A DNA stretch of 64,000 nt from an uncultured Phycisphaerales bacterium (GCA_963772725.1 CAVYYI010000003.1:352001-416000); one strand, 5' to 3'; shown: positions 33,706-44,927, numbered from the stretch's first letter. A program made the numbers and translations. Notes: generated by a model from the letters alone, not told the origin.

Positions 33706-34481
33706 ATACAACGTATCGCCCAAGTCGGCTTATGAAACACTGAAATCCCCGCCAGAATAATCGCCCCTGCAGATGCGACCAGATATACCTGCTTACAATA
33801 TCCTAAAACAAAAGGCAGCATTGTAATCAAAGCACCCCCAACAATAAAAATCTTTGCCCCCAAACCAAACCACTTGCTTGCGGTATAATTTTTCAAAATT
33901 TTCCCGTTAACTATTCCATCGCCTTTTATATCACGAATATCCTTGAGCATTTGATAACTCAGAGCCGACAGAAACAGCCAGACAGGATGAATAAATAAAA
34001 CATTAAGACGGGGCGTATCAACCGCCTCCGTCAGCGCAAACGCCAGCGGATACAAAGATGTCGTCAGCAGCGCCGCGAGAATATTTTTGACTATCCCAAG
34101 ACGCTTAGAAAAAACATCATAAAAAATTAATAAGCCCGCCACAACCGCCATAACCCCAGCGAACCGCCAGCCGCAAAATCCGCTCAAAAGCATACCTGCG
34201 GCAAAAAGCACTATGGCAGTAATGACTGAAATTTTACTACTGATTTTTGCACCAGCTAAAGGCCTATTCGGGCAATTTACTTTATCAATTTCCACATCAC
34301 ATAAATCGTTCAGAATATACCCCGCGGAAATAATACTTAAAATTGCAAGCCACGCCGTTATTACTTTGTAAAGGATATGATCAACATTTCCTCCGGTTAA
34401 ATATAAAACTATCACAACAAACCCGCCAGCCAGCGGCACCCCGTAATACAATCTCGTCAGTCGCAGCATTGCCAAAATCAT
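33642..34481 (-). CDS. UbiA family prenyltransferase (DGGGP synthase-like)
   Basis: NDLCDVEIDKVNCPNRPL and KDIRDIKGD Asp-rich motifs; polytopic. Confidence 0.85.
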   Translation of the reverse strand: MILAMLRLTRLYYGVPLAGGFVVIVLYLTGGNVDHILYKVITAWLAILSIISAGYILNDLCDVEIDKVNCPNRPLAGAKISSKISVITAIVLFAAGMLLSGFCGWRFAGVMAVVAGLLIFYDVFSKRLGIVKNILAALLTTSLYPLAFALTEAVDTPRLNVLFIHPVWLFLSALSYQMLKDIRDIKGDGIVNGKILKNYTASKWFGLGAKIFIVGGALITMLPFVLGYCKQVYLVASAGAIILAGISVFHKPTWAIRCIYAEVFLITAGSLADLLVFGS

Positions 34482-35350
34482 TTCGTCGCTATCCCCGCCA
34501 GATACCTGTGCGTTATCTTAATTCCGTTTTGCCCCATATATTTCTGTTCAATTATTTCCGCGAATCTCTCAAAAATTTGCTCTTTATCCTCCGCGCAGGC
34601 CGCATACTCAAACCCCGCCGCCGCCCCCGTGCTTATAAGCCTGTCTATCGCAGCTTTGCCAGATTCCACATTATAACTTTTGCTCCCATCCGAAAGATAA
34701 GCCGTTTTCATCCCAAGCACCCGAAAGTAAAATCCCAGATGCCCGCTCAACATAAGAAATCGAAATCGCATCAAATTCGTAAGCTTCTCAGGCTGCTCCA
34801 TAAAAGTAAGAAACGAACAGTAAAGCACCTCTCTCAAAGAAAAAATACTATTATCAACTATCCCCACCCTGCCGCCTTTTTTCAAAACCCGCTTTATCTG
34901 TTTCAACACCGAAAAAGGCTTCGAATATCCAAGCCCCCAGCAGCACGTAACCAAATCCAGACTCTCATCAGGCAGCCCCGCCAAAAACTCCACTATGTCA
35001 CGATTGATAAATTCACAGCGGTCCCCATAATTTTTCTCTGCCTGCTCAAGCATCCCCTTAGAAGCATCAACCCCGATTACCTTCCCTGATATTTTCCCAG
35101 CTATCAACCCAGTCGCAAACCCCGTCCCGCAAGCCAGGTCAGCCGCCTTATCCCCTTTCTGAAGATTGAGCCGACCGATTAAAGATTCCGTAATGTCCCT
35201 CATATGATTAGTCCAAGCGATATCGTAGGATGCGCTGATATTATTATAGCTTTGGTTAACAAGCTCACCGCATTTGCCGTGCCTGGTAAAAAACAAATAC
35301 ATCAAACGATAAAGCATTCGGAATGGATATTTTTTATATTGCTTAGCCAT
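34478..35350 (-). CDS. Class I SAM-dependent methyltransferase
   Basis: DLACGTG, GVDAS..ML, RVLKKGG; ATGA overlap with UbiA gene. Confidence 0.88.
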   Translation of the reverse strand: MAKQYKKYPFRMLYRLMYLFFTRHGKCGELVNQSYNNISASYDIAWTNHMRDITESLIGRLNLQKGDKAADLACGTGFATGLIAGKISGKVIGVDASKGMLEQAEKNYGDRCEFINRDIVEFLAGLPDESLDLVTCCWGLGYSKPFSVLKQIKRVLKKGGRVGIVDNSIFSLREVLYCSFLTFMEQPEKLTNLMRFRFLMLSGHLGFYFRVLGMKTAYLSDGSKSYNVESGKAAIDRLISTGAAAGFEYAACAEDKEQIFERFAEIIEQKYMGQNGIKITHRYLAGIATK

Positions 35351-35402
35351 ATCTCAATACTACATTATTTATATCATTTTCCAAGTGTAAACCAGGAGGA
35401 CT

Positions 35403-35433
35403 AAAAAAACCACGAGTATTAAAACTCGTGGTT
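35403..35433 (-). terminator. Intrinsic terminator after ftsK
   Basis: AACCACGAGT...ACTCGTGGTT stem followed by T-run on - strand. Confidence 0.7.
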
Positions 35434-35468
35434 AAACCAAATTCCTGAGACAAACAGTGACAAGAAGA

Positions 35469-37897
35469 TTATGAGGTTTCATCCTCATTGGTATCAGTAG
35501 CGAGGTAGCTCTTCTGTCCTTCGCTGACGTGAATCGGCTCAGCCGACTCCTCATCATTATTCTCAATATTATCTTCAGCCATATCCTTATAACCCGCCGC
35601 CGCATCCGCCAGCATCTGACTGCGAATGCGTTCATATTCTTCGAGTGTCATAAGAACCTCGCGTGCCTGGCTGCCCTTGTATTCACCCAAAATACCCGCC
35701 GAGGCCATCATCTCAATTATTCGTGATGCGCGGGCGTACCCGATACCGAGTCTTCGCTGCAGCAGCGAGACACTGCCGCGTTTGGTCTCGAGAACAATCC
35801 GAACGGAATCATCGAACAAATCATCCCTCGACATTTCAGCGGTGTCAACCCTGTTAAGCTGCGTAAGCTCAGGATGGAATTGCGGCTCCGCCACATCCTT
35901 CAGGTGACTGACGATTTTACGAACCTCGCCATCATCAATAAATGTCCCTTGAGCACGAATAAGGTCACTCGTACCCGGCTTAAGAAACAGCATATCTCCC
36001 TGCCCAAGCAGCGCCTCCGCACCATTCTGGTCGAGTATAATTCTGCTGTCCATCTTAGCCGCAACCCTGAATCCGATTCTCGTCGGCATATTCGACTTAA
36101 TAAGACCAGTAACAACCGTCGCCTGCGGCCTCTGCGTCGCCAGCACAATATGAATACCAACCGCACGGCTCTTTTGAGCCAGCCGCACAATATATGCTTC
36201 TATCTCTTTCGAGGCGGTCATCATTAAATCGGCAAGCTCATCAATTACTATTACGATAAAGGGGAGCTTCTTTGGAATCTGTGCCTCTTCGTCGGGTGTA
36301 CTCGGATTAAATCTCGCGATAATTTCTTCAGCGCTGAGCCTGTTGAATTCGGAGATATTTTTCACCTTTGCCTCAGCTAAAAAGGCGTAGCGCTCATCCA
36401 TTTTAACCGTTGCCCATTCGAGGATCTGAACAGCCCGCTGGGTCTCGGTAACTATCGGCGTCATCAAATGCGGCACAGTATTGAAAGCCGTCATTTCGAC
36501 CATTTTGGGGTCAATAAGAATCATTTTTACTTCATCAGGACGTTTTGTCAGAAGGATACTTACTATGATACTGTTAATACACACGCTTTTACCCGAACCT
36601 GTGGTGCCGGCGATTAGCAGATGGGGCATCGCCGTCAAATCGGAGACGAGAGCCTCACCGGAGGAATCCTTGCCGAGAAACAGCGGTATCGACATTTGGT
36701 GCGCCTTATCGCCGACTAATTGTACAAGGTCTTTGACCCGAACTTTTTCTTTCTCGCTGTTAGGAACTTCAATGCCTATTGTGTGCTTGCCAGGCAGCGG
36801 CGCAACCACACGAACCGCACCAGCGCCGAGCGCACGGGCCATATCATTGGAAAGAGAACTAATCTGGCTTACCTTTACTCCCGCACCGAGTTCAAGCTCA
36901 AACATTGTTACCACCGGGCCGGTATCAGCCGCGACAACCCGCGCATTTACGTTGAATTCACTTAACAGTGTTTCAAGTACGCCAGCCTTTGTCTTAATGA
37001 CTTTTTCCTGAATCGCAGAATAGCTGAACTCAGGCTCTGCCAGCAATTCAAGAGGCGGAAGCGTATAATCCTCATAGCTTTTCTGCACATAGGTTTTGTT
37101 TGGTTCGGACGCTTTGGGCGGTTTTGGTTTTGCCGGTTTTGGCTCGGCGGGTTTATCTGAATCGGCCTCAACCGCAGGTTCAGCAACAGCCATCGCAGGC
37201 CGCTCAATTTTATTTTCAATATGAAAGTCACGTTCAATGCCAAGAGTTTCAGTCGCTGGGACAGGAGAGTTTTGTTTTGCGCTGAGTTTTCGCCATATTT
37301 CGCCAAGCGCCTCTGAATGTTCCCTTGCGGCAGAAAATGCCGGCACCGCGATGTCCGCTGTCTTTCTGAATACCGAGCTTAGCCATCTGAGCACCGCTAA
37401 AACAAAATCATCGGCCAGTAATAACAGCCAACTATCCACGTTGCCGTAATCAATATGAAAGTGCCGAGCATCGCAAAGTATGTACGTAGAAAATACACAG
37501 TACCAACGCCGAGAATTCCTCCCGACCCCATTGGGAAGCTATACAAGCGGTAAGGCCAAAAAAAGTAAAAACTGCTCGACACCGCCACCGTCAGCAACCC
37601 AAGACCGATTCCACGAAATACTGGCTGGGTTATCTTGAAATTCGCGACCCTGGCAACAAGAAACGCTATGCACGAAATCAGCAACACGAAAATTCCGGGG
37701 CCAATATAATATACCGTATAGAATGCCAGAAAAGCACCTATAGGGCCACACCAGTTCGCCGTTGGGCTATTATGAGGCCATGCGTAGGGGCTCGGCCAGT
37801 CCCGAATATCAAAACTCAAACAACTGCAAATGAGCATTAACATTGCCGCTATTGCGAGACATTCTACCGCGAGAGCATAAGATTTTTTCTTTTTCAC
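35469..37897 (-). CDS. ftsK: DNA translocase FtsK/SpoIIIE, frameshift near 37433
   Basis: 4TM region (NWCGPIGA, GGILG); PHLLIAGTTGSGKS, IDELADLMM, ATQRP, gamma domain SLLQRRLGIGYARA; GTG start with RBS AGAGGA. Confidence 0.92.
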
Positions 37898-38136
37898 GCC
37901 GGTCCTCTTTTTAAGTCCTATAAAAAGTATCTTAACACCAGTAAACATCCACATTTACAATATCTATTATATCGGCACAGAGGCCCCTTTTTCTGCAAGA
38001 TTAACGCCATTAAAACACCCCTATATTGCTTAAAATTTACAAGTTATATCAATGCTGGTAATATTCTAAAAAAATGGTATTATTGGGAATTGCAAAGTTT
38101 ATCTCATTCGCTATTAAACTTTTTTTACGGCGGAAA

Positions 38137-38625
38137 ATGTTGAAGAATAAAATATTAGATAGTATCCTGAAATTTTCAAAAACCCTTTACAAAAAGCTGG
38201 TTAAAATTAACGATACTCCGCATAAGATAGCACTGGGTTTCGGATTGGGCGCGTTTCTCGGTTTTATGCCGGGCGTCGGACCGATTGCTGCGCTGCTGCT
38301 GGCTTTTCTGCTGAAATTTAATCGCGCAGCGGCGTTATTGGGCTGTGTGCTTACCAATACCTGGCTGAGTTTAGTAATTTTTCTAATATCCGTAAAAATA
38401 GGTGCCGCTGTTACAGGCCTCGATTGGCATTTGGTCAAAGATGAATGGAGCAATCTTTGGCAAAATTTCCACTGGCAGGGAATATCTCAATTATCTTCGT
38501 TTGAAATTATAGGTCCCGTTATGATTGGATACTTATCAATTTCAATTGTGGCCGGGATATTGGCATATTTTGTTGCCTTCGCGGTTGCTCGTATGAGAAA
38601 ACATAGGAAAGAAGTTTCACATTGA
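38137..38625 (+). CDS. DUF2062 domain-containing membrane protein
   Basis: DTPHKIALGFGLG...P...NRAA...TN pattern. Confidence 0.8.
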   Translation: MLKNKILDSILKFSKTLYKKLVKINDTPHKIALGFGLGAFLGFMPGVGPIAALLLAFLLKFNRAAALLGCVLTNTWLSLVIFLISVKIGAAVTGLDWHLVKDEWSNLWQNFHWQGISQLSSFEIIGPVMIGYLSISIVAGILAYFVAFAVARMRKHRKEVSH

Positions 38626-38647
38626 CCATAGGTCCGTTTGAGTAAAC

Positions 38648-39562
38648 TCACCACTTCTTTCGCCACCATGACAAACCAACCAGCACCGCCGATAAGGCCG
38701 CTACACTCGTAATAATCCAAAAGGCATGAGGATATCCAGCCAGTGGTATTCTTACATTCATTGAAAATATACTTACAACCATTGTCGGCAGCATAATCCC
38801 TATGGTTATTATCGTTAGCGTTTTGATTCGTATATTGAGATTGTTACTGACAATAGAGGCTCGTGCATCCATCAAACCCGCAAGCACCTGGGAATAGATT
38901 TCTATCTGGCCGTGACACTGATTGTTCTCAATCAGAATATCATCAAGGTATTCCAGATTCTCCTGTGTGAAGCTCATCTTGGCGGCGCTATTCTTCAGTT
39001 TTTCTATAAGCACACCGTTTGAGTTAACCGCGTTAAGATAATATACCAAGCTTTTTTCAAGCGTGAAAAGATGCAGCAGATGTTTGTTTTCCATCGACCG
39101 GTTTATCTGCTGTTCAAGTTCGTTCGATATCATATTTATCCCTCTAAGATGCTCTACAAAATGCAATATCGCGCGGTAAATAAGCTTGAGGAACACATCC
39201 TGGATAGACTGTATTTTCGTAAAGGGTTTGCCCTCAAAAAGAGGCGCCTCCTCAGCTATAACAACTATGAGTTTATCCTTAAAGATAAAAACACCGGTAG
39301 AAACAACGGTAAAAAGAAACTCATCTTCAGCATGATAGTGCTTTGGTCTTTTGAATATCATTGCTATGTGTTCAGGCTCAAATTCAAGACGGCTTAGCTC
39401 ATCAGGGTCAAAGGAAGAACTCAGAGTGTGTTCGTCAATTTTGAGGTCATCGACGAGATGTCTGCGTTCAGCTTCGTCCGGGCCGATATAAACAAAAACA
39501 TCAGCTTTATCTTCACTGGTTTCGACAAGCCTGCCATTATTTATACACAGTTTTCTAAGCAT
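38648..39562 (-). CDS. corA: CorA-family Mg2+/divalent cation transporter
   Basis: DPDELSRLE, NNLN..IKTLT...PT...FSMNV, two C-terminal TMs. Confidence 0.85.
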   Translation of the reverse strand: MLRKLCINNGRLVETSEDKADVFVYIGPDEAERRHLVDDLKIDEHTLSSSFDPDELSRLEFEPEHIAMIFKRPKHYHAEDEFLFTVVSTGVFIFKDKLIVVIAEEAPLFEGKPFTKIQSIQDVFLKLIYRAILHFVEHLRGINMISNELEQQINRSMENKHLLHLFTLEKSLVYYLNAVNSNGVLIEKLKNSAAKMSFTQENLEYLDDILIENNQCHGQIEIYSQVLAGLMDARASIVSNNLNIRIKTLTIITIGIMLPTMVVSIFSMNVRIPLAGYPHAFWIITSVAALSAVLVGLSWWRKKW

Positions 39563-39656
39563 TGCTTATACGTCCTGCAATATGCGATAATATTTTATCG
39601 TTCTTAACTGACACAAACCCATCAGTTTAACAAAAATTGCCCCGAAAAGCAAGTAT

Positions 39657-40667
39657 TCAAAAAATCTTGTCAGCTATAATTCTAGCACACAAAAAAATGT
39701 CGGCGGCTAAACCAACACTTAAAATCGTCCAGCGAAACCAGTGAACCCGCAAATTCGCATGCGCTGTCAGAAATATAATCCCGACTATTATTGTTCCCAG
39801 TAAATACATTTTTGTCGCCAGTAAAAACAATGATGCGTACTTCGCCCCCAGACCAGCGAAAATGCTGTCGCAATAGACAAAAAACACCAGTGACAAAACC
39901 GTAAGCCCCGCCATAATCACTCCGATTACCAATATCCATTTCCTGTCAGCAAAACCCGCCCATGCCAGCCCCTGCATACCCAAACCAATAAGTATCGAGC
40001 AGCACAATACTGGAATCGTCAGCCATATCGCCGGACTGGTATTGAGAAACGATGGACAAAAAGCCAATAACGCACCCGCCGCAAAGATAGCTATTATCCC
40101 GAAACGCTTAGCCTTGAAAAGTACGGAAAAACCCATAATAAGTGCCGCCGCCGGTATATGACAAAAACCGACGAGACTAAGTTTTCGTTCCACCATTACC
40201 AGCGGAGCCGCCAGCCCCGCCAAATCGCTCAAACCAAGTCTCTGGGTCGGCATTAAAAATAGCTTATAATGACTGAAAAACTCGAAAAAAAATACTATGG
40301 CCAGAAACGGAAGCGGCACCGTCAGAAAACTTAGCCACCTGAATCGCCCCGTAAATCCGAACGCCGCAGGTAAAAAGAGCCACGGTATCGCCGCTGCCAG
40401 CAATCCCACCGCCGGATGACATTTACCAAGCACAAGCATAAAAGACCCGAATCCGTACATCAGCCCCGAAAAAAAAGATGCGACAAAAGAAGATACCCAT
40501 CGCCGACTAAGCACACAACACCCAAACGAAGCCAGCCAGAGGTTTACTAAAACAAAATATTTTCCCGGTGAGCTATTGAATTCGGTAAAATGAGGCGAAA
40601 ACAAATAGACGGCAAAAACAGCGTATATAACTCCTGCTGTCGCAAACTTGCTTAGCGTTTTATCCAT
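39657..40667 (-). CDS. Hypothetical polytopic membrane protein
   Basis: Long hydrophobic ORF co-oriented downstream of purM. Confidence 0.6.
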   Translation of the reverse strand: MDKTLSKFATAGVIYAVFAVYLFSPHFTEFNSSPGKYFVLVNLWLASFGCCVLSRRWVSSFVASFFSGLMYGFGSFMLVLGKCHPAVGLLAAAIPWLFLPAAFGFTGRFRWLSFLTVPLPFLAIVFFFEFFSHYKLFLMPTQRLGLSDLAGLAAPLVMVERKLSLVGFCHIPAAALIMGFSVLFKAKRFGIIAIFAAGALLAFCPSFLNTSPAIWLTIPVLCCSILIGLGMQGLAWAGFADRKWILVIGVIMAGLTVLSLVFFVYCDSIFAGLGAKYASLFLLATKMYLLGTIIVGIIFLTAHANLRVHWFRWTILSVGLAADIFLCARIIADKIF

Positions 40668-40674
40668 TTAATTT

Positions 40675-41742
40675 TTATTTAAGGATAACTTTCTGCGTAC
40701 CGGCGGCGACCCTGCCGATTTTATAAACCTGTTCTCCGCTTTTCGAGAGACTTTCCGCGATAGAATCGGCGAAATCCTCCGCTACTATCAGTACATAACC
40801 TATTCCCATATTGAATACGTTGTACATCTCGTCTTCGTCAACGGGCCCGAGATTTTGCAAAAAATCGAATATCTTAGGTTTGGGCCAGCTGGATTTCTTT
40901 AACACCGCGTCGCAATCCAGCGGCAGAACGCGAGGAATATTTCCTATAAGCCCGCTGCCGGTAATATGCGCCATACCGTGAATAATCTGTTTGACCTTAT
41001 AATGCGAGAGCAGTTTAATAATCGGCCTGACATAAATCCGCGTAGGCTCAAGCAATACATCGCCAAGAGTTTTCCCGTCGAGTCCCTCAGGAGTATCTGT
41101 TACTTTCAGCCCCGCGTTTTTAAAGCAGATTTTACGGGCAAGAGCATAGCCGTTACTGTGCAGGCCGCTTGATGACAGGCCGAGTATGACATCCCCTTTG
41201 CGGACAGTTTTTCCAGTTATTATTTTTTTCCGCTCAACGACTCCGACTGCAAAACCGGCCATATCGAAATCGTCTTCCTTATAAGTGTCGGGCATTTCGG
41301 CGGTTTCGCCGCCTATCAGTGCACAGTCTGAGATCCGGCAGCCCTGCGCGACACCCTTTACCATTTCCGCGATAAGTTTAGGCTCAAGTTTATGAACGCC
41401 GAGATAATCCAGAAAGAACAAAGGCTCTGCCCCCTGAACCAGCATATCATTGACGCTCATCGCCACAAGGTCTATGCCGACAGTGTCATAACGTTTCATC
41501 ATGGAAGCAATCTGAACTTTGCTTCCTACGCCATCGGTACAGGCTACGAGTACGGGGTTTTTGTAATTTTTCTTGAAGAGTTTTTCATCGTAGTCGAGAC
41601 GAAACAGGCCGGCAAAACCTCCTTTGAGGTCCATCACTCGCGGCCCGAAAGTGCTGGCCACCGAAGAATAAATTTCTTCAACCATTATGTCGTTAGCGTC
41701 GATATCAACGCCCGATTCTTTGTAGCTTATAGATTTACCCAT
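40675..41742 (-). CDS. purM: Phosphoribosylformylglycinamidine cyclo-ligase
   Basis: YKESGVDID, TDGVGSK, GGETAEMP, SSGLHSNGY, FNMGIG. Confidence 0.96.
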   Translation of the reverse strand: MGKSISYKESGVDIDANDIMVEEIYSSVASTFGPRVMDLKGGFAGLFRLDYDEKLFKKNYKNPVLVACTDGVGSKVQIASMMKRYDTVGIDLVAMSVNDMLVQGAEPLFFLDYLGVHKLEPKLIAEMVKGVAQGCRISDCALIGGETAEMPDTYKEDDFDMAGFAVGVVERKKIITGKTVRKGDVILGLSSSGLHSNGYALARKICFKNAGLKVTDTPEGLDGKTLGDVLLEPTRIYVRPIIKLLSHYKVKQIIHGMAHITGSGLIGNIPRVLPLDCDAVLKKSSWPKPKIFDFLQNLGPVDEDEMYNVFNMGIGYVLIVAEDFADSIAESLSKSGEQVYKIGRVAAGTQKVILK

Positions 41743-43184
41743 CAATCTGGTCCAAGTCCTCAAACATATTCATTTGATGATGCTCCAACGCAAATTTATT
41801 AACGGTGATATCCACCGGTATCCTGTATTTTCCGCTCCAGCAGGCTGTGCAATAGTGGTCCGGCGGCAGCACCGCGCAGGACAGCAGTCCTTCGAGCGAC
41901 ATATAACCCACGCTGTCAACCCCAAGGAAATCCCCTATTTGTTCCATTGTCCGGTTGTTAGCCAGCAGTTCCTCCCTCGTCGGGAAATCCACACCGTAAA
42001 AACACGGATGGCGTATAGGGGGACAACTGGCCCTCAAGATGAATCTCCTTTACCCCGGCCTCACGCAAAGCCCTCATTTTGCCCCTGGTTGTAGTCCCAC
42101 GAACGATTGAATCGTCCACTACGACTACCCTTTTGCCTTTAACCGCCTCTTTTACCACGGCCAATTTAATTTTCACAGCCATTTCCCGCAGTTTCTGGGA
42201 CGGCGCGATAAACGTTCTGCCTACGTAGTGACTTCTAACCATGCCCATATCAAATGGCAGGCCGCTCTGCTCGGAAAAACCTATCGCTGCCGACGTTCCA
42301 GAATCCGGCACCGGGATTACAACATCGGCATCAGCGGGATGTTCGATTGCCAGTCTTCTGCCGAGTTTTTTCCTGAATTCATGGACGTTTTCGCCGAAAA
42401 AGAAACTGTTCTGCTTGGCGAAATAGACATGTTCGAATACACAGTGGGCCGGTTTTATGGTACCTGGCGTAACAAAAAATCTGCTGCTCAGCCCGTTCCT
42501 GTCCAGAGTTACTATTTCGCCGGGTTCGACCTCGCGGATAAATCTCGCGCCTGTTGCGTCGAGTGCGCAGGTTTCACTGGCTACGACATACGCGCCATTT
42601 TTTGTTTCTCCGACACATAACGGATGAACGCCATAAGGGTCACGGGCAGCTTCAATGCGGTCAGAAAACAAAAACAGCAGACAATAAGCACCCTGAAGAT
42701 GATTTAATACATGACCGAGGGGGTCTGGTTTGCTGACATGACTTGGTTTGGCAAGTAGATGCAGGATTACTTCGGTATCGGTGGTTGATTTAAAAATGCT
42801 CCCATACGCCTCGTATTCGTCCCGCAGCAGGGCGGCATTTATGAGATTCCCGTTATGCGCAACAGCTACCTGACCTCGCGAATACTCACTTAGAAAAGGC
42901 TGACTGTTAATGGCTTTTGTTGCCCCTGTGGTCGAGTATCGCACATGCCCGATTGCCATCGGACTGGTTAATTTCTCGAGAATATTTGTGCCGGCGCGGA
43001 AGACCCTTTGTACGGTTCCCATTCCTGTATAGCACTGGATGTCCTGGCCATTACTGCTGGCGATTCCTGCCGATTCCTGGCCTCGATGCTGAAGGCTGAA
43101 CAGACCATAATAGGTCTTCTGGACAGCATCATGGTCACCGAATATACCAAAAAGACCACATTCTTCTTTTTTATCGTAACCCAT
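41735..43184 (-). CDS. purF: Amidophosphoribosyltransferase, frameshift near 42038
   Basis: EECGLFG, LQHRGQE, GHVRYST, VVDDSIVRGTT; resumes PPIRHPCFYGVDFP...YCTACWSG. Confidence 0.95.
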
Positions 43185-43289
43185 AAGGGTAAAACCTCAA
43201 AAAATAGCTGATTAAAAAACAACGGCGGAGAACGCTGTTAATAGTAACCATACCGAGTTATTAAATCAAGCTAAATCGGCCAATTGTTT

Positions 43290-43706
43290 TTACGTTGAAA
43301 GGTATAAAAATTCAGGCACCCGCTGTACCCTGCCATTTGCGTCAACGCACGCCAGCGTCGATGAACCCTCTGTCAGCAGCAAACCGTCATCACAACGGTT
43401 AATCCTGTAACTATGTTCGACCCGGCTGGCGGTAACTCGCGTGCAACTTGTAACAAGCTCCAGCTTTTCATCATAACGGGCGGCAACGCGATATTTTAAG
43501 TGCATTTCGGCCACTACAAAAAATACACCCGCTTTCTCCATATCTTTATAATTTACGCCATTAACCCTTAAAAGTTCTGTCCGTCCCATCTCGAACCATA
43601 TCGGGTAAACACTATGATGAACTACCCCCCCTTGGTCCGTCTCAACGTAACGCGGCACTATCGTTATCGTATGACTTTGAACCGTCGCTCGCTCAGGAAA
43701 CGCCAT
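43290..43706 (-). CDS. Acyl-CoA thioesterase (YbgC/FadM family)
   Basis: RYVETDQGGVVHHSVY..WFEMGR. Confidence 0.88.
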   Translation of the reverse strand: MAFPERATVQSHTITIVPRYVETDQGGVVHHSVYPIWFEMGRTELLRVNGVNYKDMEKAGVFFVVAEMHLKYRVAARYDEKLELVTSCTRVTASRVEHSYRINRCDDGLLLTEGSSTLACVDANGRVQRVPEFLYLST

Positions 43707-43752
43707 CTTTATTTATCCTCAATCTAACCACTAACTACTAATGACTAACCAC

Positions 43753-43776
43753 TCTCAAACTTATTCAAGTTTGAGA
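43753..43776. other. Hairpin immediately 3' of tRNA-Leu
   Basis: TCTCAAACTT-ATTC-AAGTTTGAGA perfect 10-bp stem. Confidence 0.45.
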
Positions 43777-43778
43777 AC

Positions 43779-43863
43779 TGCGAGCGAAAGGAGTCGAACC
43801 TTCACGGGCTTATCGCCCACCAGGACCTAAACCTGGCGCGTATGCCAATTCCGCCACGCTCGC
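43779..43863 (-). tRNA. tRNA-Leu(TAG)
   Basis: GCGAGCGTGGCGGAATTGGCATACGCG-CCAGG-TTTAGGT-CCTGG, long variable arm, GGTTCGACTCC...CGCTCGCA. Confidence 0.96.
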
Positions 43864-43870
43864 TTGTGCA

Positions 43871-44089
43871 TCAGGCGTTGCTTTTCGGCTCAGAGATTTT
43901 TTCGATTCGCTTTTCGGCTTCCTGAAGAATGCTCCTGCACTGTTTAATCAGGGCCATTCCCTTTTCATACTGGTCAAGACTGTCCTGAAGCGGAGTCTCG
44001 CCGCTCTCAATTTTGCCCACTATCGCAGTAAGCTCTTTTATCGCCTGCTCAAAGCTCATTTTACTCAAGTCTTTTTCATCTTTTGCCAT
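43871..44089 (-). CDS. xseB: Exodeoxyribonuclease VII small subunit
   Basis: SFEQAIKELTAIVGKIESGETPLQDSLDQYEKG...L.EAEKRI; upstream MDSRFRGND is a translated palindrome. Confidence 0.93.
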   Translation of the reverse strand: MAKDEKDLSKMSFEQAIKELTAIVGKIESGETPLQDSLDQYEKGMALIKQCRSILQEAEKRIEKISEPKSNA

Positions 44090-44103
44090 ATGTATCCCTG
44101 CAT

Positions 44104-44130
44104 TGTCATTCCCGCGAAAGCGGGAATCCA
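44104..44130. repeat. REP-like palindrome, copy 2
   Basis: TGTC-ATTCCCGC-GAAA-GCGGGAAT-CCA. Confidence 0.75.
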
Positions 44131-44139
44131 TTTCCCTTC

Positions 44140-44180
44140 TTATTCTGTTTAATTTTCACTTCACTTTCAATAAAATTCTC
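44140..44180. repeat. 41-bp direct repeat of the xseA 3' end (other copy 44953-44993)
   Basis: TTATTCTGTTTAATTTTCACTTCACTTTCAATAAAATTCTC identical at both positions. Confidence 0.9.
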
Positions 44181-44245
44181 ATAGGCAGGCTCAGTTATGA
44201 TTAAATTCTGCCTATTATCTGAACCTAATAAGTTTCCTTATTATG

Positions 44246-44872
44246 CTAAACACCGCCATATTTTATGAAAAATCCTAGTAGCTCAAAAAAATTCCCTTGA
44301 TGCTCGCCGCCGCCGACATCTCCAAAATAATATTTGCCAAATATCGCCATTATAGTTAGTAGAAGGAAAATACCCCATAGGATATACCTGTTTTTAGCAT
44401 ATTTATAAATAAATGAGGCTAAGATATAAAATGATGAAAGTATAATTATACAACATAGGAGAAATAGAACAAGAAATATGGGTGGATCATTCAATATATT
44501 CAACTTCAATATTCCTAACAGTATCATCATTAACGGAAAAATAAAGGGCACAAAGCCTGAACTGACCAAAACCGCGGCAGGGCTTGGGAAAAATAATATA
44601 AGTCCTATTAGAAGAATAAGCTTTTGTCTGTTCCAACGTAAGTCCTGCCTCCAATTACAATGGATTAAAAAACCGATAGCGAGTACAGGTAAGCAAAGCA
44701 TACCAATAATACAGATTAAATATTCATATTTGTGAGAAATGCCATATCCAAACCATGGTGTCCCTGTGCATATACAATAAAACAAACGAGTTACAATTAA
44801 AAAACAAGTAAACGCAGCTCCTGCTAACCCAAGAATTGTAATGAAAAAACCAATACGCTTTACTATGCTCAT
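44246..44872 (-). CDS. Hypothetical AT-rich polytopic membrane protein
   Basis: 208-aa hydrophobic ORF between xseA and xseB. Confidence 0.6.
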   Translation of the reverse strand: MSIVKRIGFFITILGLAGAAFTCFLIVTRLFYCICTGTPWFGYGISHKYEYLICIIGMLCLPVLAIGFLIHCNWRQDLRWNRQKLILLIGLILFFPSPAAVLVSSGFVPFIFPLMMILLGILKLNILNDPPIFLVLFLLCCIIILSSFYILASFIYKYAKNRYILWGIFLLLTIMAIFGKYYFGDVGGGEHQGNFFELLGFFIKYGGV

Positions 44873-44927
44873 ACTGATGAATTCCTAAAAAGAGACAGGT
44901 GAGATAGACTCACACTGCCATTTTTTG

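Noticed and set aside
44090..44131. N-terminal extension MDSRFRGND of XseB
   Set aside because: It is the translation of the REP-like palindrome
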